From Rebecca billardiae RCC1528 (Eukaryota > Protista > Haptophyta), in the NCBI GenBank assembly GCA_965240325.2, contig OZ251237.1:1178001-1242000 (forward strand): 64,000 nucleotides of DNA, in the 5' to 3' direction. The first letter of the stretch is position 1; every line of letters begins with the position of its first letter. The notes below the pieces were generated by a model. That model was not told the origin of the DNA. It saw nothing but the letters and a program-made list of their open reading frames with translations, and made no database searches. A program made the position numbers and the translations under genes. Shown piece by piece: positions 32,056-41,317 of the stretch.

Positions 32056-35000
32056 ATGCAGACGGCGCACGGCCAACTCGTGCGCGCATGGAGGACGTCT
32101 TCGTCGGCTCATGGAGGAGACATAGCAGTGGTGGAGGACGGCGGCGCGCGCCTGGTCACGTACTCGGAGCTCGCGGCCCGTGCGAGGACGCAAGCCTCCA
32201 GGCTCTCGGCTATGGGCGTGCGCGCGCGCGACATTGTCGCCGTGACGCTCCCGCGCGGATCGGAGCAGATCGTTTCGATGCTTGCGGTCTGGGAGCTCGG
32301 CGGAGTGTACCTCCCCATCGACGCGGCCGTAATGCCACCCAAGCGTGTGGCCAGCCTCCTCGCGCATGCTCGGCCCCGCGCCGTCGTGGCGTCGGCCGTG
32401 TGCGCGCCGCAGAGTGGAGCGCGCGAGGGTGAGGAGCGCCCGCCGCCGGGCTGCTGCTACGTGCTCTTCACAAGCGGCTCGTCCGGGCTCCCCAAGGCCG
32501 TCGTCGGCAGCGAGGCCGGGCTGCTCGCCCGCTGCGCGTGGGCGCGCGGCGCGCTGCGCGCACACAGGGCGGGTGCGCGCGCCGTCGTCGCGCACCGCAC
32601 GTCGCTCGGGTTTGTCGACGCGCTCGCGGAGGTGGTGGCGCCGCTGCTGGCGGGCGGGCGTGTGGTCGCACTCCCCGAGCCTACCTCGCGCGAGCCCGCG
32701 CGCCTGCTCGCCGCGCTGCGCGCGCACCGCGTCACGCTCGTCACCGTGGTCCCGTCTCTGCTCACGATGCTGCTGCAGCAACTAGCCGCAGACGCGGCGG
32801 CGGGTGGCGGCTTCGAGGGAAGTCGCGCGCACGCGGCCGGCGAGGGCGCGTGCGTGCCCAGCCTCGAGACCGTCTGCAGCTCGGGCGAGGCCCTTCCCGC
32901 GTGCACCGCCGCGCGCTTCTTCGCCCCCGCCGCCGCCCCGCCCTCCGGCACTCGCGCTCGCGACCCGGCCGGTGGCGGGGCGCGACGCTCGTCCTGCTCG
33001 GCCCCTCCGCGCCTCCGGCTCGCGCCGCGGGCGTGCGAGCTGCTCAACCTGTACGGCTGCACCGAGGCGTCGGCGGACGCGTGCGCGCACCGCGTCAGCG
33101 CGACACGGCTCTCGCTCTCGCGCGCGCTCGTGCCCATCGGCCGCCCGCTCGGCCCGTGCGCGCGGCTGGCGCTGCGCGTGGCCTCCAGCCAAGCTGCCGC
33201 CGCGCCGCCGCGCGCGACAGCGGCCACTGCGGCCGTCGCAGCGGCCACCGAGCCGGCCGGCGGGCCGGCGGGGCAGAGTGTGTGGCGCTGGCTCGCGCTG
33301 CGCGCCGCGCCGCGCGGCTGCGTCGGCGAGCTCTGCATCGGTGGCAAGCTGTGTGCCCTGGGCTATCTGGCACCCGTGGCCAGCGGCAGCTGGCGGGACG
33401 GTCGCGCGGGCGGCAGCGCGCTGGCTGGCACGGGCGGCGGTGCGCCCGACTCTCGCGCTGCTGCAGCTGGGGCGGCGGGGTCGTTTGTGCGGCTCGCCGA
33501 GCGCGCGCGCGGCGTGCTCGAGCTCGCGCCGCCGGGCGCTCCCGCCTCCACCGACTACTTCTGCACGGGCGACCTGGCCGAGGTGGGCTCCGACGGGAGT
33601 CTGCACTTCCTCGGCCGGCTGCTGCCGACGGCGCCCGCGCCGACGCCCGATGGACGTGCGCGCTCGTCGGCGCCGCCCGGTCCACGCGGCGGGCACGAGC
33701 GCTCGGCCGGGGCGCGGCGCGCACGGCAGCCGGGCGCCGAGCCGGCCCTCGGCGCGCGCGCACCGAGCGCGCCAGCCAGCACCGATCTGCTCGTGCAGCT
33801 CAACGGGGCGCGCTGCGACCTCGGCGCCGTCGAGTCGAGCGTACGCGAAGGGCTGCGCGGCCGCGCGGCGCGCGGGCCAGCGGACGGCACCGCGGAGGGC
33901 GGCGCGGCTGGCGAGCGCGCGGCCCGTGTCGTCGACGCTGCTGTCGTCGCGTGCCGAGTCGTGCCGCTGGGCGAGCGCAGGCTGGAGCACACGGTGCTGT
34001 GCGCGTTCCTCCGGCTCGGCGCTGGCGCGGGCGCGCGCGCGGCCGACGAGGCGGCTGAGGGCGCGGCAGGCGCGGGCGCGGGCGCGGCCGAGTCGAGCGT
34101 GGTGCCAGTCTCGGCGCAGGTCGAGGCGGGGTGGCGTCGGGCGCTCGCGGAGACCCTGCCGGCACACGAGCTTCCGAGCAGGCTGTGTGCACTCCGCGCA
34201 TGGCCGTGCACGGCTGCTGGGAAGGTGGACCGAGCAGCTCTGCGCGCGCTCGCGTCGCGCTTGCTGACACGCACAGCCGAGCAGCATGGCGCACCGGCCG
34301 CCAAGCGCGCGCGCACGGCCGCGCACCCGCCCGCGGGCATGGGGGCGGGCAGCAGCATGCGCGCACGCGGCGCTTGGTCGGGCGACGCGAGGGCGAGCCC
34401 GCAGCCGCCAGGTCCGGCCATGCCGAGTCCGGTGGACGCGAGCGAGCGCGAGGCTGCCGAGCGATGCGTGCTTGAGCTCTTGAGCGAGCTCGCGCCCGGA
34501 CACGCGGACGCAGCCCTTCATGCGCCAGCAGGCCGCGGAGAGCAGCAGCAGCAGCAGCAGCTCACCCTGCGCGAGCTGGGCGTGGGCTCAATCGGCGCGG
34601 TCGCGTTGGCTCACGCGCTGCGCGCGCGCGGCTGGGCGGAGCCGGGCGGGGCCATCGATCCGCTCGCGCTGGCCGACGGCACAGCGCAGCAGATTGCACG
34701 GCGCCTCACGCGCGTGCGAGCGCACGCGAGCGCGTTGGGTGGCGGCCTGGGCGTGCAGCCAGGACCGCCGAGCGCAGAGCGCGGCGGGGCGGAGCCTTCG
34801 CGCTCGACGGCAGCGGCAGCAGACGTGACGGTGGCGGCGCCGGCGGCCGCTGAAGCGCACGGCGCTCTGTCTCCGCCGCGGCCAAGCACGCCGCGCGCTG
34901 GGTCGTCACGCGGTGCAGAGCCCGGCGAGGGCGACAGCGATGATGGCGGCGGCTCGGCTGCCACGAGCGCGCGCCCACCGCCGCCGCCTGTGGAGCCAGG

Positions 35001-36240
35001 GCTCTCCCCGCCGGCAGGACTGAGGCCGCACGGCCCGGCCTCACCGCGCCGCGCTGCCGCCGTGTGCTGGCGATCTCGAGCGAATCTCGCCTCCTCGGGC
35101 GCAGACGACCACCCAGCGGGCATTGCGGCGCTGGCGGGTGCCGCGCGCGTGGGCGCGGCGGCAGGCACGGCTGCGCGGCCGCGCCGGCTGGCGTGCGCGT
35201 GGACCTCCTGCCTGGGCAAGTGCGTCGACGCGAGCCCGCTGCTGGTCGAGTGGCGCGCGGCCTCGACGGCGGAGGGCGCCGATGTAATCGCGCTGTGCTA
35301 CATCGGCAGCCACTCGGGCGAGTTCGTCGCGCTCGACGTGTGCAGCGGCGCGCGCGTGTGGGCGCGCACGCTGCCCGGGCGCATCGAGTCCTCCGCAGCG
35401 ACGGACGCGCGGGGCGAGCGTGTGTACGTCGGCTGCTACGACGGGAGTGTGCGCGCGCTGTGCGCGCGCACGGGGCGGGAGGCGTGGGCCGCGCACACTG
35501 GCGCAGAGGTCAAGGCTTCCCCCTGCGTCGTCAGCCACCGCGGCCAGCACCCCACCGTCTGGGTCGGCTCCTTCGACCGGACTCTCACGGCGCTCGACGC
35601 GCCGAGCGGTGAGAATCTTCTCACGCTGCAGGTGGACGCCGCCGTGTACGCGGCGGCGGTGGCCGCGGAGGAGCGCGGGGCCGTGTACGCGGCCACGCTC
35701 GGAGGGCTGGTGCTCGCGCTCGACAGCCACGCTGTACGCCGTGGCGGCGCCGAGCTCTGGCGCGCGCGCGTCGGCGCGCCCGTCTTCGCCTCGCCACGGC
35801 TGTGCGCTTCGCTGCTGCTCGTCGCCGGCGTGGACGGCGTGCTCAGTGCGCTCGGCGCGCACGACGGCGTGCGCGCCTGGACAGTGAGTGCGGGCGCCGC
35901 CGTCTTCGCCACGCCGCTCTGCACGCACGCGCACGCGTACGTGGCCACGCAGGACGGGACGCTGCGATGCTTCGGCGTGGACGGCGAGGGCGCGGTGCCG
36001 CGCTGGGCGGTGCAGCTCGGCGTGGGCGGGCACTCCGCGCCGTGCACGCTGCGCGGCGGGCTGCTCGTGCTCGGCACCGCCGACGGGCACGTTGTCGCCG
36101 CGCGCTGCGCCGATGGCACTGAGGTGGCGCGCGTACGGCTGCCCGCAGGTGTCTTCTCATCGCCGGTCGTCACCTGCGGTGCGCGCATCGTCGTCGGGTG
36201 CCGCGACGACAACGTGTACGCGCTCGACATGTGCGGCTGA
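32056..36240 (+). CDS. AASDH: AASDH/ACSF4-like NRPS-like enzyme: adenylation domain - carrier (PCP) domain - PQQ-type beta-propeller
   Basis: TYSEL, GGVYLPID, YVLFTSGSSGLPKAV, FVD, SSGE, NLYGCTE, GELCIGG..GY, TGDL, GKVDR; phosphopantetheine site LGVGSI; propeller LGKCVDASPL, YIGSHSG, LPGRIESSA, VFSSP; alternative start at 31903. Confidence 0.88.
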   Translation: MQTAHGQLVRAWRTSSSAHGGDIAVVEDGGARLVTYSELAARARTQASRLSAMGVRARDIVAVTLPRGSEQIVSMLAVWELGGVYLPIDAAVMPPKRVASLLAHARPRAVVASAVCAPQSGAREGEERPPPGCCYVLFTSGSSGLPKAVVGSEAGLLARCAWARGALRAHRAGARAVVAHRTSLGFVDALAEVVAPLLAGGRVVALPEPTSREPARLLAALRAHRVTLVTVVPSLLTMLLQQLAADAAAGGGFEGSRAHAAGEGACVPSLETVCSSGEALPACTAARFFAPAAAPPSGTRARDPAGGGARRSSCSAPPRLRLAPRACELLNLYGCTEASADACAHRVSATRLSLSRALVPIGRPLGPCARLALRVASSQAAAAPPRATAATAAVAAATEPAGGPAGQSVWRWLALRAAPRGCVGELCIGGKLCALGYLAPVASGSWRDGRAGGSALAGTGGGAPDSRAAAAGAAGSFVRLAERARGVLELAPPGAPASTDYFCTGDLAEVGSDGSLHFLGRLLPTAPAPTPDGRARSSAPPGPRGGHERSAGARRARQPGAEPALGARAPSAPASTDLLVQLNGARCDLGAVESSVREGLRGRAARGPADGTAEGGAAGERAARVVDAAVVACRVVPLGERRLEHTVLCAFLRLGAGAGARAADEAAEGAAGAGAGAAESSVVPVSAQVEAGWRRALAETLPAHELPSRLCALRAWPCTAAGKVDRAALRALASRLLTRTAEQHGAPAAKRARTAAHPPAGMGAGSSMRARGAWSGDARASPQPPGPAMPSPVDASEREAAERCVLELLSELAPGHADAALHAPAGRGEQQQQQQLTLRELGVGSIGAVALAHALRARGWAEPGGAIDPLALADGTAQQIARRLTRVRAHASALGGGLGVQPGPPSAERGGAEPSRSTAAAADVTVAAPAAAEAHGALSPPRPSTPRAGSSRGAEPGEGDSDDGGGSAATSARPPPPPVEPGLSPPAGLRPHGPASPRRAAAVCWRSRANLASSGADDHPAGIAALAGAARVGAAAGTAARPRRLACAWTSCLGKCVDASPLLVEWRAASTAEGADVIALCYIGSHSGEFVALDVCSGARVWARTLPGRIESSAATDARGERVYVGCYDGSVRALCARTGREAWAAHTGAEVKASPCVVSHRGQHPTVWVGSFDRTLTALDAPSGENLLTLQVDAAVYAAAVAAEERGAVYAATLGGLVLALDSHAVRRGGAELWRARVGAPVFASPRLCASLLLVAGVDGVLSALGAHDGVRAWTVSAGAAVFATPLCTHAHAYVATQDGTLRCFGVDGEGAVPRWAVQLGVGGHSAPCTLRGGLLVLGTADGHVVAARCADGTEVARVRLPAGVFSSPVVTCGARIVVGCRDDNVYALDMCG

Positions 36241-36533
36241 GCGTGGCCGTGGGAGCGGGCACCCGGTGGTCGCTGCGTCAGCTGATGCACACCGCCCGAG
36301 AGCTGTAACAAGAGCCGTGACGCGAGACTCGTCGAGCTTGCAAGATTGTACAGTATTGTCATACGTACAACGGTCTATCGTGGTCCACTTTCAACTTCCT
36401 GCCACGCGTGGAGTGCGAGCCGCCATCGTTCTTTCTGCTGGACCCAGTGCTTTCAGCTTGCGCGGGGGGACGAATCGCGAAATTAAAGTGCCCATCAAAA
36501 CACGACGAGGACGGTGACGAACCGCGAACGACG

Positions 36534-37814
36534 ATGGCGTCGTTGTTGGTGCCCCGTGTGAGCGTGCTGCTGGCGCTGCTGGCCACATGCAGCCAAGTCC
36601 AGGCCGCGCAGATCGCGCGCACCACGTTCACCTGGCCGTCGCGTCCAGGCCTCAACATCCACTTCGCCAGCGCCGCGAGCCCTGCCGCTGCAGCGCGTGG
36701 CGCCGCGCCGCTCGTGCTTCTTCCCGGCTTTGGCGTCGGCGAGTTCCACTACACGGCGCAGCTCGCAGCGCTCGGCGACGAGCGCCGCACGTACGCGCTC
36801 GACTGGCTGGGCCAGGGTAAGAGCTGGCCCGAGGACGAGGCCGCCGAGCGCGGGCTCATCTACGACGCGGAGATGTGGACCGAGCAGCTCGAGATGTTCC
36901 TCGAGACGCAGCTCGGCGCAGAGCCGGCCGTGCTCGCCGGAAACTCGCTGGGTGGCTTCCTCGCAGTGCAGCTCGCGCTGAAGCGGCCCGACCTGGTGCG
37001 CTCGCTCGTGCTGATGAATGCCACGCCGTTCTGGTCGTTCGCGCCGCCGCGCCGCGCCGCAGACGCGTGGCGGCCGTTTGGCTGGGACGCGTCTCTGCCG
37101 GCTCCCGGCGTGCCGTATGCCATCGGCTCGCGGTGGTTCGACACGCTGCGCTCGCCCACCACGATCGAGACGATGCTGGGGACGGTGTACGCCGACGGGC
37201 GCGCGGTGCGCGACGTCGTCCACCCCGTGCACGAGCTCGGCGCGCACGACGACGACCTCGTCTCCGCGGTCGCCGAGGCGGCGGCACTCGCGGCGCAACA
37301 CGAGGAGCATGGCGGCAAGCTGCCTGAGGCCATCGCGAGCGCGGCGAGCCGGCGCGGCGGGCACTCGGCGTTCACGTCGATCCTCTTCTCGCCGCGCACC
37401 GAGGTGTCGTTCGAGGACGCGCTGCTGCGCGTGCGCAGCCGAGCTGACGCGCCGTCCGTCCTGCTCGCGTGCGGCGCGGACGACCCCTGGGTGACGCCAC
37501 TGTGGGCGGAGCGCGCGTACCGGCGCGTGGCGCTTGAGAGCAGCAGCGGGGTCGCTCACTACAGCCTGACGCCCGTGGGCCACTGCCCGCACCACGAGGC
37601 GCCGCTGCTCACGAGCGAGCTGCTCAGCCGGTGGACGGCGGCCGTCGACGCCGCCGATTCGCCGTGCGCGAGCATGCCGCAGGAGCTCCAGCGCGCCGAG
37701 GCGTTCGGCCGGCGCGTCGCGGCGGTGCGCGTGGATGGCGCGCCGCACGGGCTGATCGAGCGGCTCGCGGCGCGGCTGGACAGGCCGAGCCCGGTCTCGC
37801 TCACACGAGAGTGA
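36534..37814 (+). CDS. Pheophytinase (PPH)-like alpha/beta hydrolase with signal peptide
   Basis: LPGFGVGEFHY, ALDWLGQG, GNSLGG nucleophile elbow, LMNATPFW, DDPWV, GHCPHHEAP; the motif set resembles plant pheophytinase. Confidence 0.8.
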   Translation: MASLLVPRVSVLLALLATCSQVQAAQIARTTFTWPSRPGLNIHFASAASPAAAARGAAPLVLLPGFGVGEFHYTAQLAALGDERRTYALDWLGQGKSWPEDEAAERGLIYDAEMWTEQLEMFLETQLGAEPAVLAGNSLGGFLAVQLALKRPDLVRSLVLMNATPFWSFAPPRRAADAWRPFGWDASLPAPGVPYAIGSRWFDTLRSPTTIETMLGTVYADGRAVRDVVHPVHELGAHDDDLVSAVAEAAALAAQHEEHGGKLPEAIASAASRRGGHSAFTSILFSPRTEVSFEDALLRVRSRADAPSVLLACGADDPWVTPLWAERAYRRVALESSSGVAHYSLTPVGHCPHHEAPLLTSELLSRWTAAVDAADSPCASMPQELQRAEAFGRRVAAVRVDGAPHGLIERLAARLDRPSPVSLTRE

Positions 37815-38158
37815 GAAGCCGACGCGGCGGTCCCGCAGTGTCGGCAAGACGATGCGTGCGGGGAGTACGGTAGAATCATATCAATACTCGGTGACGGTCC
37901 GAGTCACACTCAAGCCCAAGGGCAAGGGCGGCCAAGGCGGTGAACCGCTGCTGCTGTATTGGTGTAATTATAATATATATTATAATATATTAATTAATTC
38001 GATTATATGGCTATATATATATTAACGACAGTAGTAGCAGACAGTGTCACTATATTGACACTATCGGCTGACGACGCGTGGCACCGCAACCACCGCGGTG
38101 GCGCGCGCGCGTCGATGACGCCAGACGGTGCGTCGAGCTTCCGCTCGGCGATGGACTA

Positions 38159-38673
38159 CAGGCAATCGCGGGCAATAAGAAGTCAGAGATCTCACGGCTA
38201 GCCTCGGTTTCTTAGCCGTTCGGTAGCCCGAGCGCCTACGGAGTCTCAGTTTCTTAGCTAGGTCCGCCCGCCGCGCAGGCGCGGGGGGCGCAGGGGGGCA
38301 GAGCCCCCCGCTGAGTCTTTAGGCCCGGCCGGCGAGGCCGACGAAAGTTTTGGGCCTTTTTGGAGCAAATCTGGCATGATGTTGCATGGATGCTGCGGTG
38401 CACTGGCCAGGAGTCAGTCATCAGGAGAAGTCGGGACTTGGCCTGTACTCGTAGTCGGGCCGCGCGCCGCGTCCCCGACGGGCCGACTGCGCCTCGCCGC
38501 CCGTCGCCCCTCGGCGGACCACTCGTCAGCCGGGACGACGTAGTCCCGGTTTCTTAGTGTGACTATGCGTATAGCGAACCAGCCAATCGCTAGCCTCAGT
38601 TTCTAGGCCAGATCCGCAGATAGCAAGCCCCAGTTTCTTAACGTGACAGCTCCTTATTGCCCGCGATTGCCTG
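38159..38673. mobile_element. MITE (family B), empty copy, 515 bp, TA-flanked
   Basis: TIR CAGGCAATCGCGGGCAATAAG; TA both sides; internal repeats of GTTTCTTAG; homologous to 48364-50730. Confidence 0.9.
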
Positions 38674-39157
38674 TATTGATGGAGTGATGGGCGACTACGA
38701 GGCCGGGGGGGACGACGGCGAGGAGCGCTGCGGATCCTGGTGTTTCGGTCTCCGCTGCTCGATCTGCTGCTACAGCTTGCTGACTCTGACGCCTGCCCGT
38801 TGCATACCACGTCGTCCACCCTCCCCCCGTCATCCACCCTCTGAGGCCTCTGACTCTGAGGCCCGCGACGCCGCGTCAACGACAGCTTAGGACCGCCGAC
38901 GCCGTCAACGACAGTAGCAGACAGTGTCACTCACAGTGTGCTGCTCAGTTCTCTGGTCTGCATCACCCTCCGCAGAGGGCAAACAGCGTCAGTTGGTTGT
39001 CAGTCCGTGTGCATCCGCCCGATGGGTGGCTCGCGCGCCTCAGTCAGTCAGGAGGGGGCCGAGTCGTTCGCGGCTGCAAGCAAGTTCACGGTGGCACGGC
39101 GGCATGTGGGATGCCCATGCGGCCATCGGCCTGGACCATCGGCGTGAGGTGTGGCCG

Positions 39158-39793
39158 TCAGGCACGCAGGCTGGTCATATCGGCTGGCTGCGGTGGGAAT
39201 GCTTTCGCGTCCAGGGCGAGCTGCGCGGCAATGGCCCGCTGCATCTCGCGCTCGAGCAGCAAGAGGAAGGACGCATTGGTGGGCATTGGGCAAAACGGGT
39301 TGTTGTTCGTCGGCGCGATCGCAGGCAGCCAGGGCATGGCTGGAGCCTGCGAAAGCTCAATGCCGAGGATGGGCAACCATGACGCGCGCATGCCCAGGTC
39401 GGTCGGCGTCGTGATCTTCGCGGGGGCCGGCACGTCCTCGGATCGCGGATTGAGCTGCTCGAGAGGCCGCGCGGCGGCGAGCATCGCATGCAGCGAGGGC
39501 TCGGAGGGCATGTGCTCGGCCTGGCCGGCGTGCGAAGGCGGGGGCGAAGATGGCGTCTCGACGTCCTTGCGTGCGCGCTGCCGGCGGTTTTGGAACCAGA
39601 TGCGTGCCTGTCGTGGTTGCACGCCGAGTGCCCGAGAGAGCGCATCGACGGTCGCCGCATTCGGCGTGTCGCACACGTCGAACATGGCCTTGAGGAGCGC
39701 CCTCTGCGCGGGGTTCGGCCTCCACCGGCGGCGAAAGGTCACGCCCCGTTCGGTTGTGGGCTGATTGGACGCCGGCGGCGGCATCGAGGGCAT
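39158..39793 (-). CDS. Homeodomain transcription factor (non-TALE)
   Basis: RRRWRPNPAQRALLKAMFDVCDTPNAATVDALSRALGVQPRQARIWFQNRRQRARK. Confidence 0.9.
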   Translation of the reverse strand: MPSMPPPASNQPTTERGVTFRRRWRPNPAQRALLKAMFDVCDTPNAATVDALSRALGVQPRQARIWFQNRRQRARKDVETPSSPPPSHAGQAEHMPSEPSLHAMLAAARPLEQLNPRSEDVPAPAKITTPTDLGMRASWLPILGIELSQAPAMPWLPAIAPTNNNPFCPMPTNASFLLLLEREMQRAIAAQLALDAKAFPPQPADMTSLRA

Positions 39794-40098
39794 GGTGTGC
39801 AGCGCCGTGGAGCGTACGAGCGTTGCGTGCGCGGGATCGGGTAGGCGTGTCTGTTCACGACTTCGTGGCGACGCGGCGGAATCCTTCGCCCTCGATCGGC
39901 CTCTTCAGGCTGTGCGAGAGTACACATTCCGAGCGCATCTCATCGCCTAAAATAGGACGTACAGGTATTCGTTTTGAGAGTAGAGCTCCAGCAGAAAGTG
40001 CTCGAACTCGGCCCTTGTTGCGTCGCTTGGCGACTCTGTTGGCGTCCTCCAGCCTGAAAAGGCGCAATCTTGATGACCCACGTGGACATTCGTTCTAT

Positions 40099-40132
40099 CA
40101 AGGGAGATAGCCGTAAACGGCTATCTCCCTTG
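40099..40132. other. Perfect palindrome/hairpin, 16-bp arms
   Basis: CAAGGGAGATAGCCGT-AA-ACGGCTATCTCCCTTG. Confidence 0.85.
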
Positions 40133-41317
40133 TGATATTATAGAGCCATTCCTCAATGTATAACCGTAAAAGTAATTGTTAGTGGGGGAAGTATTGTTCG
40201 TATTACCTACCACGAAATTCAGGGACTCACATTGTCAGCTCGCACCCGCAGTCCATAGTCTGGATTCTGGAATCTCTGGCCTTCCGATCTTGAGTTCAGG
40301 CCAGGCGAGTGAAGGAGCCAGCTGTGGCGGCCGTGTGGCGGTGCGGCCACGCCAGCCACCATCGCGTGCGCGGTACGTGGAGCGGTGGGCGCGGGTCGGG
40401 CACTCGCCTGGGTGGGGGCCGCGTAGCATGTCCACGCGTCAGGCCGCCACGCGCCGCCAAGCTGGCGCCTGCATGGATCGACGCGCACGCAGTTTTTGGC
40501 CGTCGAGCGCCAAACTGTAAATTTGAAACATGCTCAGTCACTTTGAGACGATCGCAGGAAGGCAGCGAAACGCGATAGACATGCGCAGACCATTGGCGTG
40601 CGGACACGGGTCAGTATCACAGCTCGCGAGACCCGAATGCGTCGCATTGCGCTTGCTCTGATGCGCCGTCACAGCCGCTTGTTCAAGCTCGTCATGCTCG
40701 TGACTGCACAGCGGTATGATGACGGCCCGCAAGTCTCCTGATTCGTCGGCGGCAGTGCTCGATCGTCGACAAGTCAGCGTTGGTGGCAGAGTACCGCCTG
40801 CACCGCGATCGAATAGCTTGAGCACGTGATGGCCGAGGAGCCGTGAAACGTGATCAAGCTCGTGAGCGGCGATGCGAGGCGGCCTGGCGCGCGACCAGCA
40901 TTCCTGATCCTTGCCGCGGGCGCGTGCCCGACCGGCGCCGACCGCTCCGCACATCGCGCGCGCGCTGGCGGCTTGGGCGTGCAGCCACGGCTGGCGCATG
41001 ACCAAGGTGAGGCGCGGTGCGTGTCCACGGCTGGCAGGACGCGCACCGCGGTGCGTGTCCACGGCTGGCAGGACGCGCACCGCAGCCTCCTCCTCGAACG
41101 CTGCTAACTTCATTCGGTGCCAAAGCGGGGTTTTGCTGCCGACCTTCTAATAGAGTTCCACGGGACACGGCGGGCGGTAACTGACGCGCGCTGGAGCTGC
41201 GCGCGAGACGCGGGCGTGGGCGCATTGTTGGTGCCCGACCGGTCAGTCAAGAGGGCCCGCTGCGCGCTGCGCGGTGGGCCACGCTAATGACGAACCCGAC
41301 GTCTTGCCCGGCTGCTA

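Noticed and set aside
36534-37814. Hydrolase as thioesterase partner of the AASDH-like enzyme
   Set aside because: Pheophytinase-type motifs and a signal peptide imply a different compartment and function
38159-38673. Short MITE as a microhomology deletion derivative of the long copy
   Set aside because: Both extra segments have their own TIRs and TSDs, so insertion into the long copy is the better explanation
41013-41082. Two-copy ~35-bp tandem repeat
   Set aside because: Simple local duplication with no further structure
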